NCBI GenBank assembly: GCA_964016885.1
Contig: OZ024745.1
Span: 123,380,001 to 123,444,000 of the forward strand
Source of the DNA: Eledone cirrhosa
Lineage: Eukaryota
DNA length: 64,000 nucleotides
Reading direction: 5' to 3'
Shown in pieces: positions 53,083 through 63,761 of this stretch. Numbering within the stretch: the first letter of the stretch is position 1; each line of letters opens with the position of its first letter. A program made the translations under genes and the position numbers. The notes under the pieces were generated by a model. It was given only the letters and a program-made list of their open reading frames with translations. It was not told where the DNA came from and made no database searches.

Positions 53083-53087
<5 letters not shown>
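52881..53087. mobile_element. Fold-back MITE-like element with 79-bp inverted arms
   Basis: 52881-52959 is the reverse complement of 53009-53087 with few mismatches; 49-bp spacer; TA-rich flanks. Confidence 0.8.
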
Positions 53088-53113
<26 letters not shown>

Positions 53114-53242
53114 AACTAAAATAAGATATGATTCTAGTTCCTCAGTGAAATAACAACCCAACCAGGAACTGGGCATATCAGAGTATTGACAAAGTTAAAC
53201 ACCTCAACAACATGTGTACTCGTCTCTACCACACTAATTCGG

Positions 53243-53297
53243 ACTGCCTGAAGAGGTGACAGCCAAAGATGGCTGTCACCAAAATATATATAGCAGT
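53243..53297 (+). ncRNA. Type I hammerhead motif (HH-B), G12->A variant
   Basis: actgc-CTGAAGA-g-gtgacagcca(aaga)tggctgtcac-c-AAAA-tatata-TA-gcagt; perfect 11-bp stem II. Confidence 0.75.
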
Positions 53298-54685
53298 AAT
53301 AAACGAAGCCAAATTTTAAACATTTGATTTACTTATTTTAGTTTATTTTACATTACTCCGGAGTAACCAAACCAACCTGCGCACTTCGTCGAGTGCTCCA
53401 ATCTGCATACTGAGGCGTTGGTATACAACCAACATATACTCAAAATTTATATATATATATATATATATATAGATATATATATATATATAAATAATTGTTT
53501 CTACGTTTGGCACAAGGCCAGCATGACTGGTACTTTATTTTATCGACCCTGTATGGCAGTGTGTGATCATAACATCTTTCGTTCTGTCTATCCTTCTCTC
53601 ATGTGTGATTGCATGTATGAGTGTGTGTGTGGCATATCTTTATAATCTTATTTAATTATTATGATATATATTTTTGTCAGAATGACAAATGAGATTACTG
53701 CCAAATTGATGAAATGTAAAACGAGTCACCCAAGAGAAGAATAGATGCTGTGGATTGGATTGTAAGCATCAACCAGTAGTCAGTAGTAAAACATGCTTTA
53801 ACATTTTTGAAATAGCTTCCTCAACATGTTATGTAGTGGAACTGAAGATCTATGAGCCTAAAAGAGCAGTTAATGACAGTTAGTGCAATTTTATTTTCAC
53901 ATGTGTATGTTTAGTTTTTTGTTTTTTTTCCTTTATATTAACCACAGTGGCTTCCTTATTGGAACATGATAGTTTTACAACAATTTCACTTGCTGCCGGT
54001 GTTTTTTTTTTTTTCAGTATCTGATCAGACTGAAAGTATCTCTTTTTCTATATTTTCTTTAACTTGACAGTATTAATGGGCTTTTCTATTCTAATTGATG
54101 GAGAGCATACACCATTATTGCAATCATAGTGGTGTTGGGTTTGCTGAAATAAATGACACATTGCTGAATAATGGTTTGTATATAAAAAAAATAAAACGCA
54201 CACACATGCACACACATACACATACAGACAGTCATATTCACACATATATAATAGTGAAGAGCAAGTAGAATTTCAATTAGATGATCTTAATTGGCAGTGA
54301 CTATTCACCATTTTCCAGTACAGCATCATGGTAGACAATCTGACGATGAAGACGCACTTATTGAAATATATTTTCTAGAAATATCTTTTCAGGGAAAGAC
54401 ATTTGAAACCTAATGACAAAAATCTTAATGATGTGATTCTGAATAGGCGTCATATTTTGACAAAGTTAGACTTTTGAAATTCATTTTCTTCTCTCCTTGC
54501 TCACCAATTCTCTATTGTATGTTTGTATCTTGATGGCTTCATATATGACAACTCCTTATCACCGAATAATATGTATGTTGTACTTCAGTTCCTCTATTAA
54601 ACTGTAATTCTCATGGACCATCATTAGCAACTTATGATACAAGATCTTTCTATATATATATTGTTTATTTCTTATTATATATGAA

Positions 54686-54724
<39 letters not shown>

Positions 54725-54792
54725 AAAAATCATTATATATGTATACACACGCACACATATACATATATATATATATATATGTATATATATTT

Positions 54793-54838
54793 TGTCTGAA
54801 GAGGACATGTTTTGCTTTGATATACATGAAACGTTACA
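54793..54838 (+). ncRNA. Degenerate hammerhead-like motif (HH-D)
   Basis: tgt-CTGAAGA-ggacatgt...acat-GAAA-cg-TT-aca; the 3' strand of stem II appears to have lost gtcc. Confidence 0.45.
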
Positions 54839-54949
54839 TCTTCGATATATATATATATAATAAAATAGAGGTGATATAAAATATACATCTTTCATTTATT
54901 ACTATTATATATAATATATAAATGTGTGTATGTAGTTTTAATATAGAAG

Positions 54950-55000
54950 AGATTCTACAGGACTAAAACTGTTTCATTCGTGAGAAATCATCAGGAATCT
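54950..55000 (-). ncRNA. Type I hammerhead ribozyme motif (HH-E), core intact
   Basis: Minus strand: agattc-CTGATGA-t-ttc(tcac)gaa-t-GAAA-cag(ttttagtc)ctg-TA-gaatct; 6-bp stem I, closed stem III, GUA triplet. Confidence 0.75.
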
Positions 55001-55109
55001 GACTGTCCAAGTAAATATGATGGTATTTTTATCTTTTCTGGTGGTAGGAGAGGGTGGGGAGTGGGATGGGTGGAGGTCATTGGTTGAAAGAAAAGGAAAT
55101 TGATTAAAA

Positions 55110-55660
55110 GCTAATTCTTTAACCTAGCTAGGAATATAGCCAATCCCAATTCTAAAAAATTAAATAAGCCAACTACCTCTGAACCCTATCCCTGGACTGA
55201 AGCCTTGTGCAACTGCTTAAATAAGGAAGCCTGCCCACTTGAAAACAAATGCCTGACAAATAACATTGTATACAAATGTGATGTCATCTCAGCCACTGAT
55301 GATAGCAACAACAAAAAGACTTACATTGGCATGACTTCCAATAATTTTAAGACCCGGTGGTATGCCCATACCCACTCCTTCAGAAGACCGGACAAATCAA
55401 ATCAGACAACACTTGCCTCCTATGTTTAGGACCTCAAAAGGAACTCCACCCCCTTCACGATTAAATGGAAAATACTCCAGAAAGCGCGCTCATACAACGG
55501 AGGACACAAGTGCTGAGATCTTTGTATCTCAGAGAGCTACGAAATATTATTAGCCAAGGGCCCCGCTACTGAACAAACTCTCTGAACACTGCCTGAATTG
55601 CATGCACAAAAACTTTGCAACTTTCAAATACCTTAAGCCAGTGTTAATGCCAGATGACTA
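55110..55660 (+). mobile_element. Penelope-like element, GIY-YIG endonuclease fragment (disrupted)
   Basis: CNCLNKEACPLENKCLTNNIVYKCDV...KTYIGMTSNNFKTRWYAH..SF, continuing past stops as IKWKILQKA..Y...C*DLCISE. Confidence 0.88.
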
Positions 55661-55819
55661 AAACAGATTTCCCATTTTGCCTTTTTTAAAAAAAAAACCC
55701 ACTCGACAAAATACCCCTCTATCTCTTCCCCACCCTACCCCTACCCCCGCTCGACCCGAAACACGGCACTATGGTCATGTAAGTACTTCTTACCTATCTG
55801 CTCTTTCTGCATGTAGAGC

Positions 55820-56496
55820 TGTATATATGTGTTTGTGTATATTTATGAGTACTTGTCTGTACGTATTTGTATGAGTGGCCGTACGTATGTATACGTATGT
55901 GTTTGTGTGTACATGTGTTTATATGTACCTGCATATGGGTATGTATGTGTATATTTGTGTGTATATATATGTATATATATATATATATATGTATATATAT
56001 ACATTTATATGTGTATATATGTATGTACGTGTATGTATATGTGTATGTATGTGTACTTTTATATGTATATACATACATTTATATGTGTATATATGTATGT
56101 ACGTGTATGTATATGTGTATGTATGTGTACTTTTATATGTATATATATATATATGTATATATGTGTATATGTATGTATATATATATATATATGTGTATAT
56201 ATGTGTATATGTGTCTGTGTGTATATATATGTGCATATATATGTATATATACATATATATGTATGTATATGTATATATATATGTATGTGTATGTGTGTAT
56301 GTGTGTATATATATGTGCATATATATGTATATATATGTGCATATATATCTATATATACATATATTTGTATGTATATGTATATATATATGTATGTGTATGT
56401 GTGTGTATATATATATATGTGTGTGCGTATATATATATGTGTATATATATATGTATGTGTGTATATATATATATATATAGATATATATGTGTGTGC

Positions 56497-56554
<58 letters not shown>

Positions 56555-56561
56555 ATATATA
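55820..56561. repeat. Compound (TA)/(TG) microsatellite
   Basis: Direct inspection. Similar tracts at ~33125-33240, 33363-33712, 38590-39015, 57608-57700 and 57967-58370. Confidence 0.95.
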
Positions 56562-57234
56562 CAGTGGCGTAGCTAGGGTAAATGGCGCCCAGGGCAAGCA
56601 TCAACATTGCCTCCCCCCCCCCATCAAAAAGTCAAGATCCACAAAGATGAAATTGAGGTAGAATTTATAATAAAAAAACAAAAAACGGTCACAACTTGAT
56701 TTTTCGGGCTTTTAATGAGGCAAACTGGTTGATAATTTCCTCTCTGTTTCATCACTAATTTTTTCGAGAACTTGAACAATCAGCATCAAATAATTCGCCA
56801 CCAGTCTGACTACGGTACATCTGGCACTCCATCGCGTGTCGGAAAGATATTTAACAACCACTGGAGCAATTTCTTTAAGGGATCCCCATCGTCGTGTTGA
56901 ACGAGAAAAAAAGTTGTATAACGAGTCAATGCAACTGAAAAAGTTCATCAGAGCAGAATCGTTTTTGGCTGCATAAAGACCACCCAGATTATGAGAATGG
57001 GTATCGCAATTAACGAAGTGAATCAAATTCTTCTTCTCTCTCATTCTCTGCTGAACCCCATGGCGTGGAAGTCGGCTATCAAGAAATCACATGATTCATT
57101 TTTGGCTTATATTTTTAAAAATGATAAAAACGACATGGATGTAAATCGATCTAGGTCGAAATTGCGCCCCCACCCCCCCTAAATATGGCACCCGTGGCAT
57201 GTGCCCTGCTTGCCACACCCTAGCTACACCACTG
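56562..57234 (-). mobile_element. Internally deleted hAT (Tip100-like) transposon with a transposase fragment
   Basis: 18-bp TIRs cagtggcgtagctagggt / accctagctacaccactg; tatatata on both flanks; ORF piece FVNCDTHSHNL...LYNFFSRSTRRW...LSDTRWSAR (CxxH and TRW motifs). Confidence 0.85.
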
Positions 57235-57266
<32 letters not shown>

Positions 57267-57271
57267 TATAT

Positions 57272-57606
57272 GGAGCCACATGGCTTAGTGGTTAGAGCAT
57301 TGGCCTTGCAATCGAAAGGTTGTGAGTTCAATTCTCAGACCGGGTGACGTGTTGTTTCCTTGAGCAAGACACTTTATTTCACATTGCTCCAGTTTACTCA
57401 GCTGTAGAAATGAGATGATAGGGACTAGGGTCCCTATCATTCCACTGCAACGTGGACGTGGAGGTGCCACAGCAAAAAAGCACCCAGCACTCACTGTAAA
57501 TGAGGTTGGTGTTAGGAAGGGCATCCAGCTGTAGAAATCAAGCCAGAATCAATTCCCGTCCCACCCTTGCAAGCAGGGAAAAGCGGACATAAAATGATGA
57601 TGATGA

Positions 57607-57610
<4 letters not shown>
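57272..57610 (+). mobile_element. S2 CORE-type SINE
   Basis: A and B boxes, CORE-like block, (gat)n tail. Confidence 0.85.
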
Positions 57611-57650
<40 letters not shown>

Positions 57651-57966
57651 ATATATATGTATGTGTATATATACATATATATGTATGTATATATATATAA
57701 TAATAAAGTATATATTCAAAAAAACATATACGCAACAAAACATATAGGGACACATGTATTATCCAACCAAATGCCAATGTGGTTCTATGGCAGGTTAATA
57801 AATTAACGAGCCAGAACATATATAATCAAGGTTTAGCAAATAAGAAAATGTTTTAGAATAAATTTCAAAAAATTCACTGTACTTACTATGTTTACCTTTA
57901 CCGAACGCTTTCCAGTTTCAAAAATAAATGGATAGTCCTTGCGGGCCTCCATTGCTAAACCTTGAT

Positions 57967-58014
<48 letters not shown>

Positions 58015-58111
58015 ATATTTATATATAGGTATATGTATATATGTGTATATATATGTATGTGTATATATATGTGTATATTTATATATGTATATTTATATAT
58101 AGGTATATGTG

Positions 58112-58165
<54 letters not shown>

Positions 58166-58200
58166 GGTGCGTATGTATGTATATATTTTTTATATATATA

Positions 58201-58231
<31 letters not shown>

Positions 58232-58985
58232 GTGTATATATGTGTTTAGTTATTTATGTATGTGTGTATGTATTTATGTGTATGTGTATATATATGTGTA
58301 TATATATATATATATGTATGTGTGTATATATATATATATATATGTATGTGTGTATATATATATATATTATGTACTAGCAGTGGTACCCGGCGTTGCACGG
58401 GATAAGGTATTTTGGAACGCGAGCCACCAACAGACCTAATCGTGGAAAAACTTCATGCCTCGACAATATGTAAAGAAAATATCTTCCACGCTAGCATGGG
58501 TTTAGACGGGAATTGTCCCACTTGAGGCAAGATTGGTTGTCTCGGTAGTATAGGACTGTCTGGCATGTTTTCTACGGCTGGATGCCCTTCCTAACACCAA
58601 CCACGTATACAGTGTAGACTGGGAGGTTTATACCGTGTTACCTACACGGCCACATTACAGCGTGGACTGTTCTTTTTGTCGTGATACCTACACGACCTCA
58701 TTTATTTAGGACAGGATGTTGTGGTACCAACATAACTTTACAGAGAAAGGGGTGGTGTAGATGGGAGTGGGGGTAGGGGTATAGGATTGGGGTGTAATTT
58801 TGGTTAAGAGGTGCCTACTGACTGGAGGTTTCGTTTTGTACTTTGGCAAGGCGGGCCTTCTGTATTACTGTGTAGCGTCAAAGATCTCTGTCCAGTGACA
58901 TTGTCTTGGAGAGGTGTAAGTGTGTGTATATATATATATAGTAAGAGAAAACAAAGAGCGCTTATAACATTAATCAATTTTTATT

Positions 58986-59032
58986 CGCTGACAGTGTTTC
59001 ATTCATACCATGGGGCAGGACTCATCAGAGTG
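58986..59032 (-). ncRNA. Type I hammerhead-like motif (HH-F)
   Basis: Minus strand: cact-CTGATGA-gtcctgcc(ccat)ggtatgaat-GAAA-cac-tg-TC-agcg; GUC triplet, stems partly mismatched. Confidence 0.6.
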
Positions 59033-59264
59033 TTGAAAACAAAAATGCAATAATGAAGATAAGCTCTACTGACCTATATCATAAGAACAATAGATATATG
59101 GCACAGGATCATAGGATAATAGTGAGAATAGAGATGATACATAATAGGGTTGTTTGTCAGAGTAAGGAAAAATAAGGAAAAGTAAAATAAAATAAACTGA
59201 AGTAATCACACAAGAGATAGATGCATGTGAAGGAATCAACCAAGGCGATAAAGAAAAACGAAAG

Positions 59265-59630
59265 AATACTAAAAAATAATTTAAAAATAAATAAAAAATA
59301 GAAAATAAGAATAAAAATAATAAAAAATAATATATATTAAACAATAATTTAAAAAAAAAAGTAATTAAAAAAAAATTAAAAAAATTAAAAAGATATTAAA
59401 AAATATATATTAAAAAAATATATATATTTAAAAATATATATTAAAAAAATATATTAAAAAAAAATAATAATAATTAAAAATAATTTAAAATAATTAAAAA
59501 TAATTAAAAATAATTAAAAATAATAAAAAAAATTAAAATTAAAAAAACAAAAAAAAAATCGAAATTAAAAACTAAAAACTAATTAAAAAAAATAAAATAA
59601 AAAAATATATATTTAACAAAATAATTAACA
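59265..59630. repeat. A/T low-complexity tract
   Basis: Almost only A and T, with (taattaaaaa)n. Confidence 0.9.
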
Positions 59631-60654
59631 AGAGAGAGGGGAAGGCGTAGATGCATATGAGGGCACACAAACGAAAGGAGAGGAAGCATGCATTGGTCAC
59701 AGTCGAATAGATATAGGCTAGATGATTTCCCATGACAAGAGTCATATGTCCTATAGTTTCACAGGGTGAGCCACAGTCCACTCGAATATTACAGTTAAAT
59801 TAGGGATATCCAGCAGGATATCCCTACAATAGGACTAGGCACCAACTGGGGTGTCATATAGAAAAGTGCCATGTAGCTCTTAAAGTATGGTAATTAGGTT
59901 CAGAGGGGATTTCGTATTCTCTAAATTGAGCACGGTTAGGGTCACCATAAGGTAGTGGGGCTGTGAGGATAAGAGGTGTTAGTCATGGAAACCTCGGCGG
60001 GATTTGAACACAGATCATAAAGGGCCATAATTCTATGCTGCAAAGCATGGCGTCTGACGCTCTACCAACACTGCCACCACGAGGAACTCTCACATCTTAC
60101 TAAAAATATAAGGGGCTAGTTGATAACTAGTTTTAGAGTTAAAGTATAATTCTTTTGAAATTTCCATATACAATGTCACAGTGCCTCACAGTAGTATGTC
60201 AGAAAACTCTTTTAGATTTCCATTTTTACAGATTGTATTGTAAACATTTTCTAAATCAATAAATTCAGATTATATAACATGTACATTGTTACAGCATCTC
60301 TTACGCATGTCTCCAAGCTAATCCCAACAATCTATTGTGCTTCATTGTCCCCCAAACCGGAGGTGAATGTCAATGTGGACAATACTTTGTCCAAGAATCT
60401 AGACCAGCTAATTGTTAATCATTCTTTCAAAAGTTTGATGCAACTATCTTGTTAAAGAGATTCGGTCAATAAATTTCAAGATCAATATAGTCCCTTTCAA
60501 GAATGTTTATAAAAATGACTCCAAAACGGGAAAATATTTGGAATATCAGAAATAAAACTAAAAGATTTGATTAGACGACGCAATGAAATTATAGGAAAAA
60601 ATCTAAGTAATTTGATAGTGTAAAAATAAATTATTTAAATATCTTCCTATAATA

Positions 60655-60853
60655 ATGGTTTCTACTTTTGGCACAAGGCCTGGAGAAGGGACAGTCGATT
60701 AAATCGGTCTCAGTGTATTACTGGTACTTTATTTTATCAACCCTGTAAAGATAAAAGGCAAAGTAACCTGATTTGAACTCAGAACGCAAAGGGATGTAAC
60801 TCAATACTGTGAAGCATGATGTCCAATGCTCTACCGATTCTGGCAATCCATCA
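60655..60853 (-). mobile_element. S1 SINE
   Basis: Family homology. Confidence 0.75.
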
Positions 60854-60855
60854 CC

Positions 60856-61168
60856 CTGAGTTGCGACGACACTGGTGCTGAGTTGCGACGACACCGGTGC
60901 TGAGTTGCGACGACACCGGTGCTGAGTTGCGACGTCACCGGTGCTGAGCTGCGACGACACCGGTGCTGAGTTGCGACGTCACCGGTGCTGAGTTGCGACG
61001 ACACTGGTGCTGAGCTGCGACGTCACTGGTGCTGAGTTGCGATGACACCGGTGCTGAGTTGCGACGTCACCGGTGCTGAGTTGCGACGTCACCGGTGCTG
61101 AGTTGCGACGTCACCGGTGCTGAGTTGCGACGTCACTGGTGCTGAGTTGCGACGTCACTGGTGCTGAG
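60856..61168. repeat. 22-bp CpG-rich minisatellite, 14 copies
   Basis: Unit ctgagttgcgacg(a/t)cac(c/t)ggtg. Confidence 0.95.
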
Positions 61169-61328
61169 ATCATTCATGACGGGGGGGGGGGGGGGTCTTT
61201 ACCTTTCTTGAAATATCTCTAATGAAAGATACTGTCCATGATTTTCAGGTCATTTTGAAAAGAAAAAATTGAGCAATTTATTAATGTAACTAACTTTCTC
61301 ATTAATAATCACGTTTTTGGAACATAAC

Positions 61329-61555
61329 TTAACGCTTTAGCATTTACATTACTCTATATCTACTGTTATGTTTTCATGGTAAAGGCTTTATCTCATATGA
61401 TTATATCACATAACATTGAATCTATGAGATTTTGATATTATTTATTTTGAGAACAATACCTTAACATCAGTATGAGTGGCCAGCTACAGCCAGTTTGAGC
61501 AAAGAGGTGAGAGAATTCTGGCTGGATATGGCCAGTTTAAATGCTAAAAGGTTAA
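61329..61555 (-). mobile_element. M1 piggyBac-type MITE
   Basis: TTAA-flanked M1 body. Confidence 0.85.
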
Positions 61556-62737
61556 TAAAGGTTCCTACATAAAATTATGATGGAAAATAGTTTTGGATCA
61601 TAAAACCAGAGGAAGTTTCAGTATTTCAAACTTTCAAGTAATATTTCATTCCAGTAGTCATATGGAAATTCTTCCTTTGACTTAACTCAGAATGCCTTGG
61701 AATAATTACAGATCGATCTTTGTATGTTATCATTTCTCAAAGCTGATGTCACTGACTCATGAATATTTGCATATCTTATCTCTTTGATAAACAATTTATA
61801 TTTTAACTGCAATTGGTATTCACATTATAAGGAATCCATTTCGATTCTTCATTTGTATTTTTCTTTTAAATTGATACTGTAGATGTCTGCTTGTGTATGT
61901 TTATTTTCTTTCTTTGTCTGTGTAGTTTTACTAGGAATTGGCTTGGCATAACAAGCCATGCTGTGTGTCTTAAGTAATGATAGATTCTTTCTAGCAACCA
62001 ATCTATAGTTAATAACTGTTGTTAGAATTGTCCTAAGCACTTGTGACTGACAATAATGCCAAGATGGAATGTCAACACAAAAATGTTTTCTTTGTATTGT
62101 TTTGGAATTTTTGTTCCTGGCCAAAGTGTGATGAAACCTATTGAAGAAAGCTGTCTTTTGTCATATTTTCTCTCCTCATCTGCAGCAGCAGCACTGTTAA
62201 GAGTTTGTTCTGGTTTACCATTGTCTTTTGTCTCGCTGTCTTCTTCCTGTGTCTCCAACACTCTCATTACAGCTTGCTTAAATTATCAACTTTACACAGC
62301 TGCATCACAAAAGAAATTGGAAGAGCTTGCCTTTATTCTCTTCCTCTTTCTTCTAAATTTCCTTTTTCAAACAATTTTTTTTTTTAATACAAACACTTTA
62401 AGAGAGTTTATCAAGTCCTTTTATATTATGAGTGATTTTGAGATGGTTTTGAGATCTTAGAAAAGAAACAGTGTAGGGTGCATGTACATTTGAAAATATC
62501 AAATATTTTTTCTGGTTTAACTCTTTTGATAGAGAAGTGCATGAAACTGCCCCTGGTTCTATGACACAAGTTGTTTGTTTTGAAGTGTTCATATTTGAAT
62601 CTAATCCTTTTGTTGCCATATTTATAATGAAATACATTGCATTTGAATTAATTAATGAAGGATTTGGAGAAAATTATTATTCCATTATTAATTAAGTTAC
62701 ATAACTTAAAATTATGTTCAAAGATTTTAATTTAAAT

Positions 62738-62920
62738 AATTGTTTCTACTTTTGGCACAAGGCCAGCAATTACCCAGTGCATTACTGGTACTTTATTTTA
62801 TCGAACCTGTAAGGATGAAAGGCAAAGTTAACCTCGGCGGAATTTGAGCTCAGAATGGAAAAGGCCGTAACTCTGTGTCAGAGCATGGCGTCCGACCCTC
62901 TACCGATACTGCCAATCCAC
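62738..62920 (-). mobile_element. S1 SINE, near full length
   Basis: A and B boxes and core; flanked by the direct repeat attttaatttaaataat (probable TSD). Confidence 0.85.
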
Positions 62921-63135
62921 TTACCATATTTTAATTTAAATAATAACCCTTTTACATGAGTAACTTAGTTTTGTTGAACCCCTGGCAGTTTAGGAGGGGC
63001 TGGTTTTAAAATTTTACATAAAAATATTTTGCTAAGTTATTTTTATAATACCAGCTTAAAAATGAAAATGTTAGTTATTTTATTAAATCCCCTAACATTC
63101 TTGATTTAAAAAAAATTTAATTGAAACTCATAGGC

Positions 63136-63198
63136 AGATAGAGTGTCCGTGCTGTTTGCTCTGATCTGATCAGAGCAAACAGCACGGACACTCTATCT
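63136..63198. repeat. Perfect 63-bp palindrome (31-bp arms, 1-nt centre)
   Basis: agatagagtgtccgtgctgtttgctctgatc-t-gatcagagcaaacagcacggacactctatct. Confidence 0.97.
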
Positions 63199-63361
63199 CA
63201 AAATTATTTTTGAAAAGCATTTAGAAATGCGCAACCGGTAAAAACTTAAAAACTTAAAACCACAACTGAATACTAACCCATACAATCACTAATACTCTTT
63301 TATTCCTAATTAAACCATTTTTCAACTGTGAACAATTTGTCAGCATTTTCTATTCCGTTTA

Positions 63362-63413
<52 letters not shown>

Positions 63414-63477
63414 TACTTTTGGCACAAGGCCAACAATTATTCCAGTGTATTACTGGTACTTTATTTTATCGACCCCG

Positions 63478-63761
63478 AGAACAAAGTGGAGGTGTTACAT
63501 AGGAGATTTATTGCTCAATCTTAGTTAGAAATGTTTCTCAAGGAGCTGGCTCGTGATCTGGGATGGCAACCCCAGACCAGACTCCAAGACTGCCTGATCC
63601 TCAGACCAGTGATTTTTGTTGTGTTAACATTGGTCTGAGGATCAGGCAGTCTTGGAGTCTGGTCTGAGGTTGCCATCCCAGATCACGAGCCAACTGCTTG
63701 AGAAACATTTCTAACTAAGATGGAGCAATAAATCTCCTATGTAATATCTCCACTTTGTTCT
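63478..63761. repeat. Long inverted repeat: 134-bp arms, 16-nt spacer
   Basis: 63478-63611 vs 63628-63761; 7 mismatches counted by hand, no indels. Confidence 0.95.

Noticed and set aside
53681-53761. Candidate plus-strand exon (tttttgtcag ... gtaagc)
   Set aside because: Stops in all three frames and no supporting homology; splice-like signals are common in AT-rich DNA.
54340-54375. CTGACGA...GAAA hammerhead candidate
   Set aside because: No convincing stem I or stem II.
55794-58439. Many Y/I/V/C/M-rich ORFs (also at 33.4 and 38.7 kb)
   Set aside because: Translations of TA/TG microsatellites.
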